Below, piece after piece: positions 27,692-36,676 of a stretch of 64,000 bases of DNA. How positions within the stretch are numbered: position 1 is the stretch's first letter; each line of letters starts with the position of its first letter. The DNA is from a virus. Taxonomy: Duplodnaviria > Caudoviricetes. The stretch is taken from the IMG/VR virus record IMGVR_UViG_3300021255_004427, positions 1-64,000 of that record. The stretch is one strand, 5' to 3'. The translations under genes were made by a program, and so were the position numbers. The notes beneath the pieces are model-generated. The model was not told where the DNA came from, searched no databases, and saw nothing but the letters and a program-made list of their open reading frames with translations.

Positions 27692-28639
27692 TTGGCAAAA
27701 AATAAAGAAAAAGATCATTTTCTGACTCAGGCTTATACTGCATCTCAAGAAGTGGTTGGTAAAAGTACAGTAGAGAACCCAAGGAAGGCTCGCGAGAATT
27801 ATGCAGCTATTCGAGAAAAATTATTCTCGAACTTCAATCAGGCCGAAAAAGATGGCGCAGACATGGGGTTTCTCGAAGATTATATTGATGAATCCGTAGG
27901 CGGGGCGAGTAAAAAAGCCAGAGAAAGGTTTAATGTGTTTCGCGAAGAGATAGATGAGCGAATCAGGGATGTAGATGCCAAAAATGCACGACTAAGAAGC
28001 CGTTCAACGATGTTCGGTAAAATGGCTGATGTCAAAGATAATGCTCGGGTAATCGAAATAGCGAAGCAGCAATTTGGACAGAAAAAATGGGACAGGGTGA
28101 CACGGAATGCCGACGAAGCTAAGTTGTCCCTAAAAACCAGAATGGCCAATAGACTCGGTGGTATCCAAGCAACATTGATGGATAGGATACAGAGTATGCG
28201 TTCCGGTATAGAAACGCATACAAACTATGATGCCCACAGCGAACGTGTCTCAGCTATGAAAACAGCAGCGAATGAAAAAATCCATGCAGACATTGCGAGA
28301 GAACAGTTGCGGAGCAAGGCTGATAAGTATTCAGCTATTGCAGATGCGCGTGAAAAGGCTGTCAGAATGGCCGCTGAAGGAGATGCCAGGTCAACAATAA
28401 ATCTTCATAAGGGCGATCTTAGTATTACTAAACAGGCGTATAAAGATGGCAATATTACTTCGGCTCGCCAAAGCAATGTAGCTAAAGCTGGTGGTAAAGG
28501 CTTGGGCTGGAAAGGTAAGGCCGGTGCTGTAGCAGGTCTACTTGCTCTTGGCGGTATTATCGGTAATCAGTTCGCGGGCGGCCATAAATCTAATGCTGAG
28601 CTCTACAACCCCAACCCGCAGCCACAGTATTACAGCTAA
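27692..28639 (+). CDS. helical protein with C-terminal Gly-rich hydrophobic segment
   Basis: GGAGGTG RBS + TTG. Confidence 0.7.
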   Translation: MAKNKEKDHFLTQAYTASQEVVGKSTVENPRKARENYAAIREKLFSNFNQAEKDGADMGFLEDYIDESVGGASKKARERFNVFREEIDERIRDVDAKNARLRSRSTMFGKMADVKDNARVIEIAKQQFGQKKWDRVTRNADEAKLSLKTRMANRLGGIQATLMDRIQSMRSGIETHTNYDAHSERVSAMKTAANEKIHADIAREQLRSKADKYSAIADAREKAVRMAAEGDARSTINLHKGDLSITKQAYKDGNITSARQSNVAKAGGKGLGWKGKAGAVAGLLALGGIIGNQFAGGHKSNAELYNPNPQPQYYS

Positions 28640-28767
28640 GTAAGATGTTTCACGCGTTTGCCAATGTTGCACGCTCTGGAATCCGCATAATTATTAGCTT
28701 GATATATTTTATGTATTGCATTTTTCAAGTTTTTCATGGTAAAATAAAAGCCATGGAGGTGAGGATT

Positions 28768-29361
28768 GTGAACCAGCATCAACACTCACATGGCGGTGCC
28801 CGTCCCGGTGCAGGCAGGCCAAAAAAGAAAGCGCGTGACTTACAGAAAACACATAGCATCCGGGCTACAGATAAAGACTGGAAGGAAATTCAATTGGCGG
28901 CCAGAACCATCAAGACGTGTTCTTCTATAGACAGACGCCCACGCATTTTTATGCTCACTGACGATGAACAAGATAAGGTAAACCAATTCTTTCTAAATGG
29001 ACTTATCGAGGCTTGGCAAAATGCGCGTTGGGGTGAACCAGATACTACACCTCCACCCCAACCACCTCTACTACAGGAGCAAAAAGAAATAGAGATAACA
29101 AAGCCTCGCAATTTTAGCGAGGAAGAAGCAGTATCTATATTTCTTGAATACTATCGGACTAACCCTATTGAATCCGTGTCTCTCGTTCAAAGCAAACTTG
29201 AGCAAGAACAGCGAATTCGCGAAGCTAGAGAACGGCGGCAGCGGCAATCAGCAACAATGGATAAGTTCGATGAGAGGATGCAGAATGCTATGGACTCTAT
29301 CGATGATATAAATGAACGCATAGCAAAGATGTTACAATTTCCTGGAGCCGGTACGAAATAA
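28768..29361 (+). CDS. putative DNA-binding protein (HGGARPGAGRPKK basic motif, RHH-like)
   Basis: GGAGGTG RBS + GTG 28768; own TTGCAT-18-TAAAAT promoter at 28716-28745. Confidence 0.65.
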   Translation: MNQHQHSHGGARPGAGRPKKKARDLQKTHSIRATDKDWKEIQLAARTIKTCSSIDRRPRIFMLTDDEQDKVNQFFLNGLIEAWQNARWGEPDTTPPPQPPLLQEQKEIEITKPRNFSEEEAVSIFLEYYRTNPIESVSLVQSKLEQEQRIREARERRQRQSATMDKFDERMQNAMDSIDDINERIAKMLQFPGAGTK

Positions 29362-29482
29362 TATCGTATCGGCTCTTTTTATGTCTGACAATAGGGCAAA
29401 TAAATACACATTGCCGGTAATACGGGGAATGAGTTCCTTAATAGCCATTCCCCTTTTCGTAGTGCTATGGAGGAAAACTTCT

Positions 29483-29680
29483 TTGGATGAACGTAAGAAA
29501 ATCAAGCTGCAACAGGCGGCAGCGATTTTAAAAAATCCGGTACTCTGGGCTAAAGCTTGTGTAAAAACAGTAGATAATGCCACAAAACAAGTAGTACCTT
29601 GGGAAGCCAGATGGTATCAGAAAGAGATGCTTCTGGATAACTCTATAAAAAAAGTTGCTCGATGTGGGCGACGAACGGGT
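29483..29680 (+). CDS. terL: terminase large subunit, exon 1
   Basis: GGAGG + TTG start; WYQ Q-motif and ARCGRRTG, which joins exon 2 KT to give Walker A GRRTGKT. Confidence 0.88.
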
Positions 29681-29842
29681 GGCACTCTGCCCGTCCCCGA
29701 CAAATTGCTGGAATACCTGGCGGCACATCATAAAAAACGTCAGGGGAATCAGCAGCGAACCTTATATTGTATAAGGACGTTCAGAGACTAGACGCGGGGT
29801 CTGATTGTCTTGTAATCAGTTGAATAAAAAGGGGAATGCAGG

Positions 29843-30313
29843 ATGATTTTTGAAACTAAACGCAATGTAGTTAACAACGTATTTTCCGTAGAAATCTCTT
29901 TCGCCGGCTACGGCACGGATGAGATGGACGAAAAGCACGAACAGGCTCTCTTTAATGACCTGGGCAATCCGGTTATCAATCTGGGCGCAATCGTGTTCGA
30001 AGGCCGCTTTGATGTTGATGGGGACAAGCGTGTTGTTCCCGCAGAAGGCGAAAACGGCGACGTTGTTAAGTTTATCCAGAATGTAAAACGCTATGAACTT
30101 GCTCCGGGCTTTGTTGTAAGCTTCAGTGCCGATGCCGGCGATGTTGCAAAGTCTGAGCTTGGCGAAAAACTCAACACGGCTCGTCTCGTAGCTGAAGCAA
30201 AGGCTCTGCTCTTCCAGCAGAAGGTACACGAAGCTATCAAGGCTGTCGTTGAGGAGCTGAAAGCGCAGCGCACCCGTTTTGAAACGGAGACTGTTGCCAC
30301 TCTCACTGTCTAA
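29843..30313 (+). CDS. intron-borne hypothetical protein A (no homing endonuclease motif)
   Basis: 156 aa, own RBS, high-expression codon bias, LGNPVIN motif. Confidence 0.85.
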   Translation: MIFETKRNVVNNVFSVEISFAGYGTDEMDEKHEQALFNDLGNPVINLGAIVFEGRFDVDGDKRVVPAEGENGDVVKFIQNVKRYELAPGFVVSFSADAGDVAKSELGEKLNTARLVAEAKALLFQQKVHEAIKAVVEELKAQRTRFETETVATLTV

Positions 30314-30330
30314 TAGGGGGTGCTTGCGAT

Positions 30331-30693
30331 ATGAAGCTGAAATACGATTATGTCGTGAAGAAGCGGAAGATTACCATAGAGCTCGAGACTGTGGATTTCA
30401 CAAACAAGGAAATTCGTGCTCTCGAAATGCTCGGTGAACCGGTAATCAACTTTCAAAAAACATATCCGGGCGGATTTACCATTGCTTTGTCCAAGAAACT
30501 GCGCAGCGAGTTTAAGGCCCGCATTCGCATTGACGGGACAAATGATGTAGAGGCAGCCAACGAGGCTGGCCAGAAATTCCTCGCGGATATCAAGGAGCTT
30601 CTCGAGCTTGAAATGGAAAAACTGATGGATTCTTACGAAGATCAGGTTTTCCCGCCGATGCACGGCAAGCTCGACATTTCGGAATATAAATAA
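30331..30693 (+). CDS. intron-borne hypothetical protein B (probable paralog of A)
   Basis: 120 aa, GGGGGTG RBS, LGEPVIN motif. Confidence 0.85.
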   Translation: MKLKYDYVVKKRKITIELETVDFTNKEIRALEMLGEPVINFQKTYPGGFTIALSKKLRSEFKARIRIDGTNDVEAANEAGQKFLADIKELLELEMEKLMDSYEDQVFPPMHGKLDISEYK

Positions 30694-30757
30694 TCCGTAA
30701 ATATTAAATTCAAGACAATCGGAAAGGGATAGTCCTGGCCGGAGTTTTTCCGGCTTG

Positions 30758-32347
30758 AAGACCGAAACCATGTGCATAGATTCATTGCACAAGGCTTGTA
30801 CTAATCGCTCGTTTGTATGCCTGTACGCAGCACCGTATGAGGTTCAGATACGAGCGATTTTTAACCGTTTAAACGAACTTATTTCTCTTTCCCCTGCTCT
30901 GCAGGCTATGGTAGTTTCCAATACAAAAACACCATTTGAAATTAAGTTCAATAACGGTTCTGCAATACGTGGCCAGACCACAGGCGCATCGTCAGGCGGC
31001 GGCGCCGTAGGTTTTCGTGGTCAGCGTGCGGATGCCCTTTACCTCGACGAGAGCGATTATATGAGCAACGCCGACTTTGACTCAATCCTCGCCATCGCAG
31101 CCGAGCGTGAAGGGATCAAAGTTTTTCTCTCCTCCACTCCTACTGGCGCGCGCAAGCGTTTCTGGCAGGCGTGCACAGATCCAAGTATGCATTTTAAGGA
31201 ATTCCACTATCCATCTACATGTAACCCCCAGTGGGGTCCAAAGATGGAAGAAGAATTCCGCTCCCAGTTATCTGAGCAAGGTTATATCCATGAAGTTATG
31301 GCTGACTTTGGTTCTCAGGAAACTGGTGTATTTGATAAGGATAAAATCGACGCGGCAATGAAGTTTATGCGGTACGCATATTCCCCTCTCACCTACTCTC
31401 AAAAAATGAAAGTAGACGAAAATGGATGGAATGTGGAAATGTATATTCCTCCTGAGAATATGACGATAGGCGTATACAAACCAACTAAGCTGCGCACTTT
31501 TGGAATTGACTGGGATAAATATGGCGCTTCCTCCTCTATCATTATTCTTGATTACGTGCCTCGCTTCGGCCGATTCATGGTAGTGAGAAGAATCGAAGTT
31601 CCAAAAGCTGAATACAGCTTCGATAAGGCTGTAAACATGATTATTGAATTAAATAGGATTTATAATCCAGCATTTATTTATGCGGATAGAGGATCAGGCG
31701 AATACCAACTAGAGATGCTGCATAAATACGGGGATCAACATCCTGAGTCTGGCCTTAAATTAAAAGTTAAGGGATTCCAGTTCTCGCAAAAGATTCCGGT
31801 TATTGATCCCGTTACACATGTTACCGATCAAAAACCAATGAAGCCATTTATGGTGAACCAGTTGAGCATGTGTATTGAGCGCAATCAACTTATCATGTCT
31901 CCATTTGACGAGACGCTGCATAAGCAGTTGGTCGACTACGAAGTTGTTCGCGTCGGTGCTAACGGCAATCCGGTATACACAAGTGTAAACGAACACTTTG
32001 TGGATGCTCTGGGTTTAGCGTTCTTAGCATTCGCGCTTGAGATGCCAAATGTTGCTAAGACAATTGAAGATGTGGACTTTACAGCTCACATGGTTAACGG
32101 TGAGTCTCCGTTTGCCAAGAGAGACAATGCTCCGACAGGCAAGAACTGGCGGGGCGCATCTAACCCATGGAGCAATGCAAGTCTAATGAATGGCACTGTC
32201 TCCTATAAAGACGCTCAGGATAAGAGCGATGGGGATCAGCCAAAATTCTTCCGCGCACCACTTGCTGGTACGGCTGCCAGAAGAAAGAGTAATTGGGGAT
32301 CCAGAAGAAGCTCAGGTTTTGGCTTTTGTGGAAGATCAATGTTCTGA
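30758..32347 (+). CDS. terL: terminase large subunit, exon 2 (spliced product about 595 aa)
   Basis: KTETMC, RGQRADALYLDE Walker B, SSTPTG, nuclease GIDWD and HFVDAL. Confidence 0.92.
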   Translation, partial: KTETMCIDSLHKACTNRSFVCLYAAPYEVQIRAIFNRLNELISLSPALQAMVVSNTKTPFEIKFNNGSAIRGQTTGASSGGGAVGFRGQRADALYLDESDYMSNADFDSILAIAAEREGIKVFLSSTPTGARKRFWQACTDPSMHFKEFHYPSTCNPQWGPKMEEEFRSQLSEQGYIHEVMADFGSQETGVFDKDKIDAAMKFMRYAYSPLTYSQKMKVDENGWNVEMYIPPENMTIGVYKPTKLRTFGIDWDKYGASSSIIILDYVPRFGRFMVVRRIEVPKAEYSFDKAVNMIIELNRIYNPAFIYADRGSGEYQLEMLHKYGDQHPESGLKLKVKGFQFSQKIPVIDPVTHVTDQKPMKPFMVNQLSMCIERNQLIMSPFDETLHKQLVDYEVVRVGANGNPVYTSVNEHFVDALGLAFLAFALEMPNVAKTIEDVDFTAHMVNGESPFAKRDNAPTGKNWRGASNPWSNASLMNGTVSYKDAQDKSDGDQPKFFRAPLAGTAARRKSNWGSRRSSGFGFCGRSMF

Positions 32348-32417
32348 TAGATAGTCGGCGCCGGAAAAATGGACGCCGATTTTTACTAAGGTAGACATAT
32401 AGTAGAAGGAAATAGAA

Positions 32418-34409
32418 ATGGCAGAAGAAAGATACGATAGGCATGACATACTAGCCATACCAGACTTAACCCCCAAGCGGAGTTACGAGTCTGATGGTAT
32501 AGTTCAAGCACCAGGCCTGCAAACTCCCATACAAAAGCCTGTTCGCGAATTAAAAGTAATAGATGATTTGGACGAACTCACGTCGCTTGCAGATTTGCTG
32601 CCTCCAGAAATTGGAGATATCATTCGCGATATAAACAGGGTTCTGTCGGAAGATTCTCAAGGCAAATTAATCATCGCGATTGAACAGGGAGGCTTTCCTC
32701 CTCCAATTACGATTATTCCACCATCAACACCGCCAGAAGGAATAGGGCCTGTAAATTTTCCTCCGATTAGTGGCGGCCCAGGAAGCGAGACTTGGGGGCC
32801 AGGTACAGGATTACCAAGTAATGGCGGTGGCGAAATTGATGGCCCGGGAAGCGAGACTTGGGAGCCGGGTACAGGTTTGCCAGGTAGTATCGGTGGTGGA
32901 ACGGAAGGCCCTGAAGGAGAAATGGGTGGCCCAGGGACAAGCTCTCCTGGTAGTGGCGGCAGCACAAGTGGTGGTCCTGGTAGTGGGACAGAGCATCCAG
33001 GAACATGGCCTTCAGAACAGGAAGGCAGCGGGGGTGGCGGCCCTGGTAGTGAGACGAAAGGCCCCGGAATAGAAACGAAGGGGTACGGCACTTCCCATCC
33101 GACAGACGGTACATGGATAATTGGCGGGCAACACGAGCCGAATGATGGCGATTATGATGTCGACGATATTTTCTCTGCCCCGCCAACTTTTACCGTGGAA
33201 TTAGAGCCTACGGATTCATTAGTAGATCTTGCCCGAAAAGCATATCGAGATGACGACCTGGACATCAAGGCCGATTATGTCGCCAAGATGACGCAAAATA
33301 TTGCGCGCTTTTATCAGGTTATGTCCACCTTGGCAGTAGACGGAGGCATGCCTGACTATTCGTATCTTATGCGCGAATTTGACGGAACGGCAGTATCAAC
33401 GAGTGATGCAAATCAAAGACATCTTATCGATTACATCTGTAAAAATCAGATTATCTATGACCAGCGCCTTAGACAAATGAATTTAACACATACTGCGGAG
33501 AATACCCTTATTATGACCCGTGGCTTTTCTGCAGCTGAAGCCCAGCGTGAAAGATATTTTGGCGAGAAGTTCAAGGCCAATATGAACGACACTGCCTCTA
33601 CTCTTTCCAATGATATTTTGGAAAAAGAACGTCAAAACGCAAACAAAAAGTACAAAGAGGCAGCCTATAATATGTACAAATATCTTGATTCGGCGGCAAA
33701 ATATACGAATGCTTTGCTTAACATTCGCATCGACGAAGCGGCGGCAAAGGTGCAACTCTCAAATACCGGTAGCGATATTTATGCAATTACACCTCCGCCT
33801 CCCCCAACAGCAGATAATATTGATGATGGGTTCGAGACTACCCAGAAGCAAACTGAGATCGGCGAAAAATATGTTGAGGAAGCTCAGAAAGATTCTGTTA
33901 TGGGATATCAGGCTTCTGGTGGCGGTGCGTCGTATAGTGGTGGAGGCAACTACACAAGTAATACCAATATCCCTAGTGTAGGTATAGCGCCGGGCAAGGG
34001 TGTTGAAAATATTCCCAAGGGGCAATCTCCAGAGTGGGCTGTTAATATGTGTATTCGTTGCTCAAAAGGGTGTGGTATTCCCGCCGATTGGATTTACGCT
34101 CAATTTAGAAACGAATCCGGTAATTTTGAAAGGCCATGCGCACAACACAATTATGGCGGTATGTCAAGTACGAGTGGTGGTTGGATGACATTCAATACAC
34201 CTGATGATTTTGCCGATTACATGGCAAAGGTTCTGCCTCGATGGGTTGGCAGTGATGGAAAATCAACAACCCAGGCAAAGACAATGTTGGAATATGCTAT
34301 CGCGCTTCAAACCGATAGTTCTCCGTATTGCGCGGAACCGGCTGGCGTAGAACCCTACTACGCAGCAATGTTGAACTGCCTCGGAAATCAAGGTACAGTT
34401 TTAACCTAA
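32418..34409 (+). CDS. virion-associated protein with Gly/Pro repeats and C-terminal lysozyme/glucosaminidase-like domain
   Basis: GPGSETW repeats; GIPADWIYAQFRNESGNF...HNYGGM. Confidence 0.7.
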   Translation: MAEERYDRHDILAIPDLTPKRSYESDGIVQAPGLQTPIQKPVRELKVIDDLDELTSLADLLPPEIGDIIRDINRVLSEDSQGKLIIAIEQGGFPPPITIIPPSTPPEGIGPVNFPPISGGPGSETWGPGTGLPSNGGGEIDGPGSETWEPGTGLPGSIGGGTEGPEGEMGGPGTSSPGSGGSTSGGPGSGTEHPGTWPSEQEGSGGGGPGSETKGPGIETKGYGTSHPTDGTWIIGGQHEPNDGDYDVDDIFSAPPTFTVELEPTDSLVDLARKAYRDDDLDIKADYVAKMTQNIARFYQVMSTLAVDGGMPDYSYLMREFDGTAVSTSDANQRHLIDYICKNQIIYDQRLRQMNLTHTAENTLIMTRGFSAAEAQRERYFGEKFKANMNDTASTLSNDILEKERQNANKKYKEAAYNMYKYLDSAAKYTNALLNIRIDEAAAKVQLSNTGSDIYAITPPPPPTADNIDDGFETTQKQTEIGEKYVEEAQKDSVMGYQASGGGASYSGGGNYTSNTNIPSVGIAPGKGVENIPKGQSPEWAVNMCIRCSKGCGIPADWIYAQFRNESGNFERPCAQHNYGGMSSTSGGWMTFNTPDDFADYMAKVLPRWVGSDGKSTTQAKTMLEYAIALQTDSSPYCAEPAGVEPYYAAMLNCLGNQGTVLT

Positions 34410-34415
34410 ACAAAT

Positions 34416-34441
34416 AAAAAGACGCCCTTAGGCGTCTTTTT
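34416..34441. terminator. bidirectional intrinsic terminator
   Basis: AAAAAGACGCC-ctta-GGCGTCTTTTT between convergent genes. Confidence 0.8.
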
Positions 34442-34444
34442 CAT

Positions 34445-35566
34445 TTAATACTTAAAAATCTTCTTCATTATATCTTTTGTTTTCTGTGAAATATCAGGGT
34501 TGGCATTTACTGCGTTAAAGATAATACTTTTAACTGTATTAGCTTCGTTCTCTGATTCCGCGACAATTGGGAATGTAATAAACCCGTCCGGCAGCTTCTC
34601 ATCAATCTCAGCACGGCCAACAATTGTCTGCATGCTCGGGGTGGTATATATAAGTTCAATATCTTCAACAGTCTTTGCTTTACCAAGCGTCTTAATATCG
34701 GCGGCAGTCAACTTATTCTTATATAACCCCTTATCGTATATATAATGTTGCAACTCATTATCTAACAGAGAAATGGCACAGGCAAGCTGTATTGTGATCT
34801 TTACACCATCAACGCCATCAACATATGGCCATAGCTCCGGGATGAGATTTCTCAATTGATAGAGTCTTTTAAGAGAGCCGCCACTCACACCCATAACCTG
34901 ACCAATTTTATCCATGATTCTTACCCGATGTTCATTCCACTTGCGGTTAGGGCGCGTATCTTTTTCCAGGCGGTTCATATTGATAACAGCCTGGGCTTTA
35001 ACGGCGGTAGTATTTTCTCTACGAATTACATTATCAAAAATAATGATTTTGCGAGCCTCGACATCATCCAGCTCATCAAAGTCATAAACATAGCAGTTCA
35101 TGGCTTCAAACCTCTTGGCCATTTCCGGGTTATTGTTGTCGGGGCTTGTGAATATTTCGTGAAGTTCCTGAAAAGCGCGATGTCTCGTGTGCCCGCCCAG
35201 AATCATATACGAACCGTTCTCCTGCTTCCATACAAGCGCAGGCGAGAGCTGACCATAGGCAACAAGGTTCTTCATTAAGTCAGTAAGAATGGTTTTATCC
35301 TGATTGGGGAAGAAGTTCCATTCTTCCTTAGCCGGGATAAGTTTTGAAATAGGAACCATTTCTGTATGATACTGCGGATAGAGCTTTTCAATTTCATGCA
35401 GCTGCTGTTCGTTCCTGCCTCTATCTTCATTCGATATTGGAGCAACCGCCTCTTCGCCACTTGCAATCTTCATCCAGTCATAATTTGGCAGTGAGGACTC
35501 ATCATCGTAAGAACCAGCCTTTGCAAAAGCCCCCATCGATACCGTCTGTTTATGCTTCTTGCTCAT
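34445..35566 (-). CDS. parB: ParB-family partition protein
   Basis: GQLSPALVW...YMILGGHTRHRA, DN..RRE, HTH-like region; downstream of parA. Confidence 0.88.
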   Translation of the reverse strand: MSKKHKQTVSMGAFAKAGSYDDESSLPNYDWMKIASGEEAVAPISNEDRGRNEQQLHEIEKLYPQYHTEMVPISKLIPAKEEWNFFPNQDKTILTDLMKNLVAYGQLSPALVWKQENGSYMILGGHTRHRAFQELHEIFTSPDNNNPEMAKRFEAMNCYVYDFDELDDVEARKIIIFDNVIRRENTTAVKAQAVINMNRLEKDTRPNRKWNEHRVRIMDKIGQVMGVSGGSLKRLYQLRNLIPELWPYVDGVDGVKITIQLACAISLLDNELQHYIYDKGLYKNKLTAADIKTLGKAKTVEDIELIYTTPSMQTIVGRAEIDEKLPDGFITFPIVAESENEANTVKSIIFNAVNANPDISQKTKDIMKKIFKY

Positions 35567-36392
35567 AAAGCACCTCCGTGATTTCTTTGTAAAGCTTTTT
35601 AAAGTCTGAGGAAATCTTCTTGTTATGAAATTTTTCCGTTACTGCGCAATGATAATTAACGGATTTACGTGCATCTTCGCTTTCACGAATAGTCGTGTCG
35701 AAGAGCTTGCCCTCTGCTTTTCCGCCATTAAGCTTAGCAAGTTCTATAGGGATAATCTCTCTAGCTGAAGGAATATACTCTTTCGTCCCGCTCGTGTTGT
35801 GCTTTACTCGATTAAAGAAATATCCTAGTAATTTAATATTGGGATTTGCACGGCGCCGGCTCTTAATTATGTTCTGATACACCTGCGATAATCCAGCAAC
35901 ACTTCTCTCATCCGGATCCATGGGCACAAGAATATAATCACAGCTTTGCATTGGGAGCAATGTGTCTAGGCCAATGGACGGATGTGAATCCATAATAACG
36001 ATATCATACTCATTCATATCTTGAATAGCCGCGACAAGTTCCGTCCATGGATTTACACCTTCGTTAAGGCGAAACTCGCGAACCTTTCCCATAAAACCCT
36101 CACCTTCTATCAGTAGTGAGCCTGGTATCATATCGATATTCTTATACTGCGTCGGCATAATAAAGGTACGTGGCGAAACTTGAGCTCCATATATTCTTGA
36201 AATAATCCCGGCCATAATATCGTGCTGCGGATCGGCCTCAACCTTCATTGTTTGTGTAAGGTTCATCTGCGCATCTGCGTCTATTAGGAGTACCTTCTTT
36301 CCGTCATTGGAAAATAGGTAGGCCAACGCAGCGGTGGTAGTTGTTTTACCAACGCCACCCTTATGGTTTGCTATACACATGGTTTTTCCCAT
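35550..36392 (-). CDS. parA: ParA-family partition ATPase
   Basis: ANHKGGVGKTTT, LIDADAQMN, DSHP; GGAGG RBS before ATG 36392. Confidence 0.93.
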   Translation of the reverse strand: MGKTMCIANHKGGVGKTTTTAALAYLFSNDGKKVLLIDADAQMNLTQTMKVEADPQHDIMAGIISRIYGAQVSPRTFIMPTQYKNIDMIPGSLLIEGEGFMGKVREFRLNEGVNPWTELVAAIQDMNEYDIVIMDSHPSIGLDTLLPMQSCDYILVPMDPDERSVAGLSQVYQNIIKSRRRANPNIKLLGYFFNRVKHNTSGTKEYIPSAREIIPIELAKLNGGKAEGKLFDTTIRESEDARKSVNYHCAVTEKFHNKKISSDFKKLYKEITEVLYEQEA

Positions 36393-36525
36393 CAACAACA
36401 ACCTCCTCATAATAAAAATCTCCATAAATAGTCTATCATAAATACTCTTACTATTCCACTACTATCGTTAATATTATTCTATTTTGCCATTTAGCAGTCC
36501 TGCATATCGCTTAAAAACGACCTAG

Positions 36526-36560
36526 AAAATTTAGGGGACCGATTTGGTCCCCTAAATTTT
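36526..36560. promoter_or_regulatory. perfect 15-bp inverted repeat, candidate parS/operator
   Basis: AAAATTTAGGGGACC-gattt-GGTCCCCTAAATTTT upstream of parA. Confidence 0.55.
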
Positions 36561-36676
36561 TGTTTAGTGAATAACAAAAACCCTGTGGTAATATGCGCTT
36601 AGATTGTAGACCGGAAAGGACGGTGTGAGGTATTTTTCAAAAACTTAGACGCCAGATTGCTAACACATTCTTCTCT

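Larger units (their letters stand above)
29681..30757 (+). ncRNA. group I self-splicing intron in terL carrying two ORFs in the P8 loop
   Basis: exon ends in U with P1 ACGGGU/GCCCGU (U.G); P AAUUGCUGGAA, Q AAUCAGCAGC, R UUCAGAGACUA, S AAGGGAUAGUCC; P8 UCUGAUUGUCUUG/CAAGACAAUCGGA; P9 GCCGGA/UCCGGC; ends in G; removal restores frame. Confidence 0.93.

Noticed and set aside
29381-29791. 136-aa standalone ORF, or a terL frameshift/pseudogene
   Set aside because: It is terL exon 1 plus read-through into the intron; splicing restores an intact gene
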